From assembly GCA_012295275.1 (NCBI GenBank), contig CM022676.1, forward strand, positions 10,230,001 through 10,294,000: DNA of 64,000 nt. Direction: 5' to 3'. Source of the stretch: Chrysomallon squamiferum. Its lineage: Eukaryota; Animalia; Mollusca. The notes beneath the pieces are model-generated. The model had not been told where the DNA came from, ran no database searches, and saw only the letters and a program-made list of their open reading frames with translations. The position numbers and the translations under genes are program-made. Of the stretch, positions 28,632-40,749 are shown one piece after another. Numbering within the stretch: position 1 is the first letter of the stretch; each line of letters begins with the position of its first letter.

Positions 28632-28960
28632 CTCAAACAAGGGTGGTAACTCTAAATACATTAGTGAACATCTCTCAAACAAGGATGGTAACTAAATAAA
28701 TCAGTGAACATCTTTCACACAAGGACGGTAAGTCTAAATATATCAGTGAACATCTCTCACACAAGGGCGGTAACTCTAAATAAATCAGTGAACCTGAACA
28801 TCTTTCTGAACATCACAAGGACGAAATAAATCAGTAAACATATGGTATCAGTGAACATCTCTCACAGTAACTCTAAATATCAGTAACCTCTTATATAACG
28901 GTGAAAATAAATATCTTTCACACAGGTCGGTAACTCTAAAAACAAACATATCTCACAGAA
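28632..28960 (+). repeat. ~41-bp degenerate minisatellite
   Basis: Unit ~acaagggtggtaactctaaata(a/t)atcagtgaacatctctca. Confidence 0.85.
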
Positions 28961-30585
28961 GAAAAACAAACGGTACAGATTCCAGACGAGAACCGTTTAT
29001 CTGACATAGATGTAGACAATGAGGATAGACAATCTCAGCAGACTGCTCCACTACCGATTCAGCCGCAATATCCTTCTTTCAGTTATTTCTGTATTTTTTT
29101 TTACATTTTGCATTATATTTCTTAGCATTTTGAGCGTAAGGTGCCCGCAGTTTTTTTTTTTTTTTTTTTTGTATAAGGTTTCAAGTGTGCCCCGACTTCA
29201 AAATTTGAAAACCACTGATTCAGACTTACAGAAAGAGCAAATGGAGACAATTCAACCACAAAACAAAGTCTGTTAAACCTTAATAAAAAAAAATAAAAAA
29301 AATCAGCTTGATGAAAAACCAAGCTGACCAGATCTTTGATGCTGTGTATGCATGTTTGTGTGTGTGTGCGTGTGATAATTAAACGTGTACAAACCGAAAA
29401 TGAATAGAAAAGTGCAAATAGTATTTCTTCGTAGTCTTAAATGTACAACTGCCATACTTTAATATTAACCAAAATTGTTCCCTGATAAATAAAATACAAT
29501 TAATAATGATAAAAAAGTTTATAATAACTTGTTGAAAATTATTTATTTATTTATTATGTTGTTTTTATTTGTTTTTAAATAAATATTATCATTAAAATGA
29601 AGAAAAAAAAAAAAACAAAAAAAAAAAAAAAAAAAAAAAAAGACAAATTTAAAACGAAGAAAAACAGTTTTTAGTATGACCAAAAATTCGCGCTCGATAT
29701 TTCACGGATATGACGACAGTGGAATCATGTGCCTGGGGGGACTTAGACGTGTTTCCTATCCCCAGAGGACAGTAAATAACAAACTAATTGTAAGTTTGTA
29801 TTTATTAGCATAAAATATTTAATACACCCGATTTAATAATAATATCATTTACAATCATAATGCATTTTACAGGCTGTGGTAGGGTGGAACCGCGCAGCGA
29901 AATTGGAGGAGATTGTCACAATTATTGCATCTTAATTTTAGATAAATCTTTTTTGAATGTAAACATTACTTTTATTTATACGCTTGGTTTATTTATTTTT
30001 TTTTTGGTTATCTTAATATAGATTGCCTGATTATACTTGCACTTTATCATGTGATAAAATGTTTTATCTTCCATTCAACCCCCTGAAAAATTCACGCGGA
30101 CGCTGATGACACGGTCAGATATCAAATCGAGGCTGCGATTTCAGAAGATAATTGTCATTTTTATTGAGTCATTGTGAAGCAGAGATTATGGATAACAGTA
30201 TTTGAAGAATAATTTACTTCCCTAAAGCAACACAGAACATCGATGAAACATATATTATAATAAATACAAATATCTCTGGACTAATTTTCAGCGATCTGAA
30301 AAGTGAAAGACAATTCCGAATTCGTTCCAATTTTCTAGAAATAATGTTAGCTGGTATTTGGCGTATTGACTGATGCGGAGCAAAATTGTATTTTGTAACT
30401 GGGTTTGCGGAAAATATATATAATTTTATTTATTTGCAGAAATTTCAATAAATATATTTGTTTCCATTTATTTACTTATTTATTTTATTTTGTTATTATT
30501 AATATATATATTTTGTTATTTTCAGCATAGAAGACCGTTGTTGGTTGTTGACTTTATAATTATTTGAACATGAACAAATGACACA

Positions 30586-30670
30586 ATGAGACCTTATATT
30601 TTAGAAAATTTAATAACAAATACAGTTGTCTATGTCACCATTTTGCAGAATTTTCTGTCAGTAACAGAAG
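30586..30670 (+). CDS. Gene B exon 1, leader/signal peptide
   Basis: Acceptor ttcag 30521-30525; MRPYILENLITNTVVYVTILQNFLSVTE, G|gtaaac. The hydrophobic core is modest. Confidence 0.65.
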
Positions 30671-33600
30671 GTAAACAATTTTATTTTAAAGGCATTTATT
30701 AAGAACTTAATTTTACTTGGTGTGCATGTTTATATGTCTGTGTGTTTACTTACGATTTCAAGAAACAAATTATTTATTGATTTATTGAAATATTCATTAA
30801 TTCATTTGAATTTTTGTTTTGACATAGAGGATAAATTGTCACAGCAAGAAGTTTATTAACTTATACATTTATTTTATGTTAATTTTTAAGTTTTCTCTAC
30901 AGTCAACAAAACTTCCAAATATTATATTTATATCAGATAATATGATAATTTCAGCAGTACCTGTTATTGAGGCACCAGATTTTTATGAAGGTAAAACAGC
31001 TGTGCTGGCATGCTTTCAAAAAGTTGTAGGAGAAAATGCTACGCTGAAACTTACCATATCAAGTGATCCAAATAAAGAACTTTTTGTGAAGAAATTTTTC
31101 AAAAAAACAGCAAGTAGAATCTGGGAATCAAAGATAACATATACCTTCAAACCAAAGCGTAACAAAAAACATAAATCAGTAAGAATTTTTAAATGCACAG
31201 CCAAATACAGTGGAGGATCATATTCGACAGTCCATCGCCTGATGGTTAAAGGTAAGTTCCATACCAAAACCTTTTAGGTATTTTTATTTTATGTATTATT
31301 GTTATTATTTTTGCTCTAGTATTGTTGTTATTATTGTTGTCATTCTTCTTATTATTATATTTGTTTTGTTGTTGTCATTATTCTTCTTATTGTTATTATT
31401 TTATGTTGTTCTTATTTTATTATTATTGTTATTATTATTGTAATTATTGTTTTTGTTATTGTTTGTTATTAATATTGTTGTTTTTACTGTTACTGTTGTT
31501 GTTGTTATTATTTTATTATTGTTGAAGGTACTTTTGAAGGACATTATTATTTACAGATGTTTTATTTTAACAGAGCCTAGTTTTTGCAACTTCATGCAGT
31601 TAAAGCATGCTTTTATTTTAAGTAGTTGTAACAGTTACATCAAATATTACAATATATTTAAAGTAGAATTCACAAAACATATTTTAGGTTTGATAAATAG
31701 GCCAAATTGTTAGATTAATTAACTAAATAATTTATGCATTTATTTTATATAATTTTAAAGTTAGCCCAAATATAAATAGGTACCAGACAATTTATCTGGC
31801 AAACTTGGATCTGGATCTGATCCTGATTTATGGATTTTTCAGTTTTTGGGACCAAGGCTGTACACACACACACACACACTGAAATAAAAAGTAAACAATA
31901 AAATTTTAAGATTGAAATTGTATTTATCTGACACAAATGAAACCATCTGTGAAACTGGTTTTCGAGAAGCAGGATAAATAGTCTGGTCAACTTATTTGTT
32001 TTATTTTAACACAGACACAATAGATGCTACCACAATTCTGCAAACGTATGTAAACCTTTTACTTTATGTAAATGTTTTTTAAAAATATCAAAATAATCCT
32101 GATGTAATTTTATTTTATCAGTAAGACCAACTCTTCCAGTACTAGTGCCTGTCAAACCTGTGTCAGAAGGAGATATAACACTGATTGTGTGTATGTCAAA
32201 TTTTGGAGATCCTGCAGCAGAACTTTCGTGGCGTTATGATTCAAAACATTATACTGGGAAAACCGTAATAGAAAAGAATGGGGATGGTACCTTCAATGTT
32301 ACAAATACACTGAATGTGTCGTTATCGCGGCCTGACAACGGCAAACCTGTGTTCTGTGATATGAAGCATGGTGGATATGACGGTGTAAAGTCTGTTTCAC
32401 AGAGGTTAAGAGTGATGTGTAAGTGTTTATTAATTCACATTAGAAAACTTGTGTGTGCGTGTGATGTTAAAAGATATGTTCATGCCTGTATTGATCATCA
32501 TGTAAACAATTATATACGGGTTTGAGCTGAATATGGTTTGCTAATATTCATATATTCATAATACTTTCTGTGTGTGTATCGTCAACATTAAAATAATATT
32601 GATGTTTGCATGTACACATTTGTATTTGTTTTATTGACTACTGTGCTAACTAAAATTCCACGTTCTGTGTTTTGGAAATGTTTTCTATGTTGTCATTGTT
32701 TGAAAAATATACATTCATGTTCTCTGTCATCTACAAAAAAAAAAAAAAAAAAAAAATTATATTCAGCTAGTCACAAATGGTCTTCCAAAATACCCATATT
32801 TCCCAACATCACCTACAAGAAAATACCATCAGCAATATTTTTTTAAACGTTAACATAAAGTAATAATTTGTTTTGCAGTTCCTCCTGTCGTAAGTGCCTC
32901 AGCGTTAAAATACATAGCAAATCCGAATGACATGCTGACTCTCCAGTGCAAAGTTGATGCAGAACCTGTGCCCTACAGAGTGAGATGGTCAAAGGATGGC
33001 ATGCATCTGAACATACTGTCTGGTCACTACAGAAGTGGTATTACATTCTATCAACCGACGTTGACAATATACAACACAACTCAGGCAGATGAGGGAAAAT
33101 ACAGATGCATTGCCACTAATATCAAAGGAACTGGTTCAAGTCAAGTGATAACTGTTCTCTTGAGAGGTTTCTTTGTTTTTGTCTTTTACTGTCAAAGCAG
33201 TTTTGATTTAAAACACGTTTGTTGTATTTTTCAGTGATTTGAAACTTGTTTTAGATTTAATCATGGTTTAGTTTAAGTTATGTTATAAAATGACAAGAAT
33301 ATTTTTCTGTTACTTTCATAAAAATTTTAGAAAGTTAGTTAGTAGGAAAATGTATTTGTGTTTATGCAAGAGTTTTGATGGTTTGGTCATAAAATGATGG
33401 AAGCATATTTTTCTCTTTGTTTCATCAAAATCCTAAAATTTAGTTAATGACTTTAAATAGAGAAGTTATATGATCGTTAAGTAGGACAATTTTCTTCTAA
33501 ACAGAAAAAGAAATCACTGTAATTTATATATTCAGAGGTGCATATTTTTCTCTTAATTCATTAAGATCCAAAAATTTAGATAATAAATTTAGTATTAAAA

Positions 33601-35148
33601 TTTATTTGATGCTTATGCATGACTGTTAATTTTTGGTGGAAAAAACATAATCTTGGTTATCCAAATCCAAAAATGTAGTTAATTTAGTTATTTGATGCAA
33701 GACTATTTCCCATAATGCAAAGAAAAATAATAATAATCTAGGATAGACAGTGGCACAGATATCTTTCTGTCTTTACATTCTCATCCAAATCTTAAAGTTT
33801 AGTTAACAAATTTTGGTACAGCGTATTACCATATTAATTTATTTGTTTATTTATATATTTCTGACTTCACATTCATCCAAATCTTCAAAATTTAGTTAAC
33901 AATTTTTGAAACAGACTGTATCAATATACTAATTTATTTATTTATTTATTAGATGACACATTGCCCAGTCCAACATTAACATATCTACCATACCGATCGG
34001 TAATCAAATCTGGGTTCGATGTCAAGCTGATCTGCAGTTTTCAAAAAAAACTTGATGTGACAGATGTGTTGTGGTATCGGATACGTCTGAAAAAAACTGA
34101 ACTAATAGGACTGTCACACACTGAGTTCAATAGAACATTTGGCGACCATTTAGTGATGACACTACCCAAAGTAACCAAGAACTCTTCAGGCTATTACTAT
34201 TGTGAAATTTACAACAACGTAGGAATAGGCCAGAGTCGGCGAGTTCAGATAACAGTTGGAGGTTAGTACAGACAGATAAAGGCTCTCGAGTGTAAAGTTG
34301 ATGCAGAACCTGGAACTTCAGTGATAAAAATTAATTTATTTTTAATAATTATATATTTTCATATTTTACTCAGCTCAAATAAACAATTCGTATAATTATG
34401 ATATAATTACCTTATCAAGTATCAAAAACGCAAATTTTCTGTAATGAATTAATAATATTTACATGTTTGTCTTGAATTAGAAATTGATAACATTAGACTT
34501 GAATTAAGTATTTAATAGATAATTCTCTATCACACTTCACTCTCGGTTATACAACAGGAGTCTTGTGAATTGATGTACAGATATGTTTTCTTCTTCCTTC
34601 TCAACCTCAATCTTGTGGAGCTTAGGGTACCTATAGTTCCAAAAACTCATTTCACTGTTGACAAAGATTGATTAATCCCTCGTTAATTATTATATTTTCA
34701 TATAAATTAATGAATAAACCCTCCATATATTTTTTAATTTAATTTTTAATTTTTTTTTTTTGCTGGTTGTTTATTAAATATTTTTTTTTGTTTTTGTTTT
34801 TTTTCTGCAGAGAAGAATGTTTTATTTGCCATGCCAAAAGGTGGAGGTAAATACATATACTTAACCTTGAATGTTGTGTAATATTTTGTAAAAGAACAGT
34901 TTATATAGCAGTGGTATCCATGTTGTTTTTTAAGTCACTTTCAGTGGCCTCGTTCCCTTCCTAGGCATTCCATGAAACTGTAATGAATTTTGATTTACAG
35001 TGTATTTTGAGTACAAACTGGGAGAAATTGCAAATTTAACTGTTGTTTTTAAATCCTGTGAAAAGCCCTTTATCATCCAGGATGTGAAATTGCTCATTTT
35101 TGTACCCAGCCATCTACTATATCTTATTTTATTTATTTATTTTTTTTG

Positions 35149-35236
<88 letters not shown>

Positions 35237-36697
35237 ATATTTTGTTTGTTCATTTATATGATTGTGTTATTATTATTACTTACTAATATCAGTTTAATTT
35301 GAACAGTGATTAATTAATTTGAATAGAAATAGAATAACAAAGTAGAAATTAACACATATTTAATCATAACACATCAAATTTTGTGTGTTAAAAGCTGTGA
35401 TTATATTTTTCTGCCAAAACTATTATTTTTAATGATACTAAGAATATGAGAATAACTAATCTATTAAGTGAACACAAACTTAAAGTAATATTCATATTAA
35501 TAATTGTGAAACAGTAGTAATACTCAGTGTGTGTATATGTTTGTGTGTGTGTGTGTGTGTGTGATGTATGTATGTATATGTATGTTAATAATAACAATAA
35601 ATGGTATACATATCAATGTGTATGTGTATGTATGTACATGTGTTTTTATGCATGTATATCTATTTAATTTATATCTCTTTCAATACACACAGATGTAAGT
35701 GCTGCTGCAGAAAATGTAGTATGGATTATGGCTACATTGCTGGCAGTTTCTTTGGGGGCTGGAATTTATTATGCAGTAAAAGGGTGTAAGTTTCATTTGT
35801 TATAGTCTCCTTTTAACTCTTCATTATACATGCATCATTACCATTATCACATCTGTACAATATACAGATATATTTAGTGTCTTCATATCTGCAATGTAAA
35901 TATGCTGTCATTTCTTTACAATATGAATATATCTTTACCATTTTCATATTGGCAGTATAAATATATCCTTGTCACCTTTGTATCTCTACAGTATAAACAT
36001 ATCTTTTTTCATCTTCATAATTGTATAGTATAAATAAATCTTTATCATCTTAATATTTGTCATATAAATATATCTTTACCATGATAGTAACATAGATTAA
36101 CAATAAGTAACATAGTACTTCAGTAATAACTTCTTAGATTACAAATAAGAACACAACACTTCAGTAATAACGTGTTAGATTACAAATAGGTAACAATACT
36201 TCAGTGATAGCTTGTTAGATTACAAATAGGTAAGAGCACTTCAGTAATAAATTCTTAGATTACCAATAATAACATAGTACTTCAGTGATAGCTTGTTAGA
36301 TTACAAATAGGTAACAGCACTTCATTGATAGCTTGTTAGATTACAAATAAGTAAAAACACTTGAGTGATAATTTGTTAGATTACAAATAAGTAACAAATA
36401 CTTGAGGATAATTTGTTAGATTACATTTTCCATAATAAGTGATAAGAATAGATAGCTAAAAAAAAAAAAAATAATGAATAACAATTTAAACCAAAAAAAA
36501 AAAATGTTCATGATAGCTAAACATCAGTTTTAATAACTTTGTGCAGTATGTTTCAAAATTATTATTGTTATTATTAATAATTTAATTTTTTTTAATACTG
36601 TTTTTTTTTGTTTTTTGTTTTTTTTATTTCAGACATAAAACCTGGAACAGGGTTCGGGAACAGGTGGACACCAGTAGTCATAGCAGGAAATACATGA
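30586..36697 (+). CDS. IgSF gene B: type-I membrane protein, leader + 4 Ig-like domains + TM + short tail (~489 aa, 8 coding exons)
   Basis: Exons 30586-30670, 30955-31251, 32122-32418, 32879-33166, 33953-34261, 34811-34846, 35693-35785, 36633-36697 join in frame (1470 nt), phase-1 introns. TM VVWIMATLLAVSLGAGIYYAV. The frame of the last exon is ambiguous (see findings). Confidence 0.82.
30955..31251 (+). CDS. Gene B exon 2, Ig D1 (homologous to gene A D2; Lys-rich)
   Basis: PVIEAPDFYEGKTAVLAC...ITYTFKPKR...FKCTAKY; CAGCAG tandem acceptor; G|gtaagt. Confidence 0.88.
32122..32418 (+). CDS. Gene B exon 3, Ig D2 (homologous to gene A D1/D3)
   Basis: VRPTLP...IVCMSNFGDPAAELSW...DNGKPVFCDMKH; 297 nt. 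Confidence 0.9.
32879..33166 (+). CDS. Gene B exon 4, I-set-like Ig D3
   Basis: LTLQCKVDAEP..VRWSKDG...LTIYNTTQADEGKYRCIATN, canonical D-x-G-x-Y-x-C. Donor gtttct is weak. Confidence 0.9.
33953..34261 (+). CDS. Gene B exon 5, Ig D4
   Basis: VKLICSF...VLWYR...MTLPKVTKNSSGYYYCEIYNNVG; G|gttagt. Confidence 0.9.
34811..34846 (+). CDS. Gene B exon 6, stalk microexon
   Basis: Long U tract + ctgcag; EKNVLFAMPKGG; in-frame donors at 34841 (gtggag) or 34847 (gtaaat). Confidence 0.55.
35693..35785 (+). CDS. Gene B exon 7, transmembrane exon
   Basis: DVSAAAENVVWIMATLLAVSLGAGIYYAVKG; T|gtaagt. Confidence 0.82.
36110..36430 (+). repeat. ~41-bp minisatellite in gene B intron 7
   Basis: Unit ~ttagattacaaataggtaacagcacttcagtgatagcttg. 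Confidence 0.88.
36633..36697 (+). CDS. Gene B exon 8, cytoplasmic tail
   Basis: Strong U-rich acceptor tttcag; YIKPGTGFGNRWTPVVIAGNT* in phase 1. Confidence 0.65.
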
Positions 36698-38347
36698 ATT
36701 CAAAAAGTTTACCTGGAGTAGTTGTACATTAAATGATATATGTGTATATATATATATATATATAGTGTTAATTAATTATGTTCTGACAGTTGTTGAGAGA
36801 CTGTAATACAAGCTAACTGTTTAAATACACACAGAGCAGTGATTCATTGATATAATATTATGAAATTAATAATATAATAAAATTGATGTTAATATATCAG
36901 AATACTCTTGTATGGTAGCAAGAAGCATCCTTCCTAAAACCATCACTATACAAGAAAAAATTGTGACCGTCCACAAATAAATATTAATATTAAAATGTGT
37001 TGAGATGTTGTTTTTTGTTGTTGTTATTTTTATTTATTGATGCATTTCAAACCTAATCTAAAGGTTAGTAACTGACTACAAATATGAATGGAAACAATAG
37101 ATATTTGTGAAAGTTAGGCTGGGGCATCGTTTTTAATCAGAGAGGCACAACAATGGTGACTGAATTAGGTTGTTTATTAATAACATTTATTATATGACTT
37201 ATTAATGTATACAGACCAGATTTACTTCGCTTAGAAAATACAGTTCTTATGAAATTACAAAATAAAGGTATTTAATCTGACTCATTTCCTACATGAATGT
37301 GCCATTAATTGTATCTGAATTTTTGAAACTTCTAATTAAGTATTCCAGATTTCAAAAGAATCTTTTCACTTACAGTGTGTCTCATGTTGTTTTTAGGCAT
37401 TGGATACTTATGTCATATTTTTACAGTCATAGCTCAAACACTGCATAGGCCTCGTGAAACATTGGTGATGTGTGCATGGCCTTGTAACAAGATTAGTAAG
37501 TTATACAGACCTAAAACGTTCAGTAAGCTGTACAGGCCTTATAAACTTGTTTTCAGTATCTAATGCACATAGGCTGTCTCAAAATAGTAAATCTTACAAA
37601 ATTTTAAATTGGTGTAGGTGGAGACATGAATGTTCTCTGGTAGTGTATACATTGTGTGTGTGTATATGTGTAGGTTATTTAACATACACATACATATATA
37701 TATGTTGATCAATTGTGAAAAAGCAAATTGTATGAAAATAAAACCGTAATTGCAATTCCTTTAATTAACTGAATGTGGAAAAACAGAAATGCCTGTATAA
37801 TATATTTACTTTTTTATTTATTTATTTATTTATTTTTTTTTTGTTTGTTAAATAAATGCAAAAATAAAATAAAAAAAAATAAAAAAAAATAATGAAATGT
37901 ATATTTCTAACTGCTTTTATTTTATTTATTTTATTCTTTGGATTAAAACAAAGCAGACATACATTGTATTGTTCTATATTTTTAAAACAAAAGCAGCAGC
38001 AACAACAACAATAATAATTAAAAAAATATATGCAGATACACATAGCAACGTACATTGTAAATACCAGTTATAAGTAAAATATTTATTAATTACATAATTA
38101 TTTTGTTAATTTGTTTATTATATTTTAAATAAAGATTAGATGCACTGGTAGACCTACAATTTTGGGTGACAAAAATCGTGAACTGTCATAGAGAGTTTTA
38201 GATTTAATGTAAAAACAAATACAGCTTACGTGATTCTAAAAATTAAATAAAACGCGTGTGTTTCAATTTACTAAAGGGCGTTAACTCCTGTCGAAACGAA
38301 TTCATCTATCGTCAAGAAGACTGGATTAGTGTGTTTCTAGCAATATA

Positions 38348-39089
38348 CATTGGTACCTTGACTTACGAGTTTAATTCGTTCCGTGACCGAGCTCGTATCT
38401 CAATTTACTCGTATATATCTAATCAATTTTCCCAACTGAAATTAATTGAAATACCATTAATCCATTCCAGCCCCCCACCAAAAAAACACCCCATTTTTTT
38501 TCTTTTTTGTAACATGTTTTTAAATAAGAAAAATGTATTTACAAATGACAAATATTGTATAAAAACAAAATATAAGAGAATGTAAAGAAATAAACTGGTT
38601 TGTAAGGTGTATTTATCTTGGAAATCAGACATTATTTCAACGTCTTTGGCAGGAGTTACAGCCTTTATCGACTACTTCAGCTTCAGTATGGACATACTAT
38701 AGAAGTACTACGCTCGTACTGCTTAGCCATGTCGACTACATGCACACCTCCCTTGTGTTTTTCCATGAATTCAAACTTTAATTCAGTGGACATCGTCCGC
38801 TTCTTCTTCTCCGCACTGTCCTTTGCACTCACTTTCATAGGATCCATGGCCAGAAAAAAGAAATTTGGCAAAATACTGCACAACACAACAAAAATGCTTC
38901 CGCGGCGAGGTAACCACGTGGGATGCTGGACGGATGTTGTGTTGTTCGTTTCACCAACTAGTGGCTGCGTATCTGAAGCGCGCTCGTAACTCGGATTTTG
39001 GCTCGCAACTCAAAGCAAAACCTCGAAAGGTCGACGGCTCGTAACTCGAAAACAGGTAGGTTGGGCACTCGTAAGTCGAGGTACCACTG
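38348..39089 (-). mobile_element. Non-autonomous Tigger/pogo-family DNA transposon, copy 2 (between genes B and C)
   Basis: TA-flanked TIRs cattggtaccttgacttacgagt ... actcgtaagtcgaggtaccactg; minus-strand MDPMKVSAKDSAEKKKRTMSTELKFEFMEKHKGGVHVVDMAKQYERSTS; colinear with copy 1 including the internal deletion. Confidence 0.88.
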
Positions 39090-39174
39090 TACTTAGTTTA
39101 AACTAAATAAAATGATCAAAATAAAAACAAATAATAATAAATAATATTAATACCAATATATACATGAGTATAAT

Positions 39175-39210
<36 letters not shown>

Positions 39211-39512
39211 CGCACACACACGATAAATAAATAAATTAAAAAGATGCATGATCTCCTCTCACATACAGAAATCCAGTTTTTCATATCAAATGAATGGACA
39301 ACTTTTTAAATTTTTTGGTAAACTAATAAACTAAAATATTTACGTTCCAGACATTTTCTTTTTCAATAAGTCCAAATCGTTTATCATTAACCACGATACA
39401 GGCCTGTTGTCTCTAAATACGTCACAGAATTGTTGACATCTTTCATTTGTATGAAGAGGAACGAAAATTGATGCTGGCAACATAGCGTAATTATTACTAT
39501 AATTCATCTTCA

Positions 39513-39556
<44 letters not shown>

Positions 39557-39781
39557 ACTCAAATTATATTTGGAATGTTAAATTAGGCATTCTGACCAGA
39601 ATGTAAGATGTTTTAATATATCATGGCCTTAAAATGGAGATAAATTTTCGATTGTAAGTTCTTAAAACTGTAGATGACGAGTTTTACATTCGAATTCTAA
39701 TGGTAGAATAAAATTATGGATTTGTAACAACAACACAAACAACACCACAAATACTACTAATAATAATATTATTATCAGTGT

Positions 39782-39813
<32 letters not shown>

Positions 39814-40506
39814 TAATAAATAAATAAATAAATAATACCAAAAAACCCCCCCCAAAAACCACAATTGAATTGAAGAACAAGAAGAAAATCAAAAAGACGA
39901 AGACATTAAGAAAGAAACACTATATAGGAAAAATAAAGTTTTAGTAGGAGCTAAGCTGGCGCTATATTTAGCGGATATGACCTCATAGAAACATGGAGTT
40001 AGACCAAAATTGACCTTCGTAAGTATGAACGGAGATAAAACAAATAAAAATTAAAAAAAACTCAATGTAGCTTCAGAAAGCATTTGCTGGCTTCAAATCA
40101 TGTGGAATTTAAAAGAAGTGTAATATGAAAATAATATAATAATAATGATATTATCATAATTGTGTAAGAGAGAGATGAAACAACAAAAAAAGAGCAGTCG
40201 GAGTTGCAAAACGTTTAGTGGATTAATAAATTAACTGATAGGGATAAAAAAATAATAATAATAATAAAAAATAAATATAAATAAAATAAAATTTAATAAT
40301 TACAAATTATTTTATGTTACTGTAATTCTTTGGTAGTTTTATTCAAATACGGCCTGCACAATATATGATTTATTACTGTACACCTTTTTGAATGTGCTCA
40401 TGTTGAAATTTTTGTACGTATTTAAATTTATTTATTTATTTATTTATTTATTTATCTTGCCATATCATACATGAACAGTGTTTCGTGTGTGCTGTGTGGT
40501 TGTTTG

Positions 40507-40581
<75 letters not shown>

Positions 40582-40640
40582 AAATCATATACGGCACTGA
40601 AATCTATTTTATTTATATTTGTAGGATATAATTCGGTGAC

Positions 40641-40701
40641 ATGAAATTTTTCAGACTGTTTAGCTGTCTCCATGCTTTTTGTATGTTGCTATTTGTTGAA
40701 G
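40641..40701 (+). CDS. Gene C exon 1, signal peptide
   Basis: ATG 40641, hydrophobic 20-mer, G|gtaaga donor. Confidence 0.82.
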
Positions 40702-40706
40702 GTAAG

Positions 40707-40749
<43 letters not shown>

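Noticed and set aside
28632-28960. Regularly spaced repeats suggestive of a CRISPR array (also 36110-36430 and 46570-46940)
   Set aside because: Units are contiguous and degenerate with no unique spacers; eukaryotic context, no cas genes.
38683-38886. Host CENP-B/TIGD-like gene
   Set aside because: Only the N-terminal HTH remnant is present, inside TA-flanked TIRs, with no DDE domain; it is a deleted transposon.
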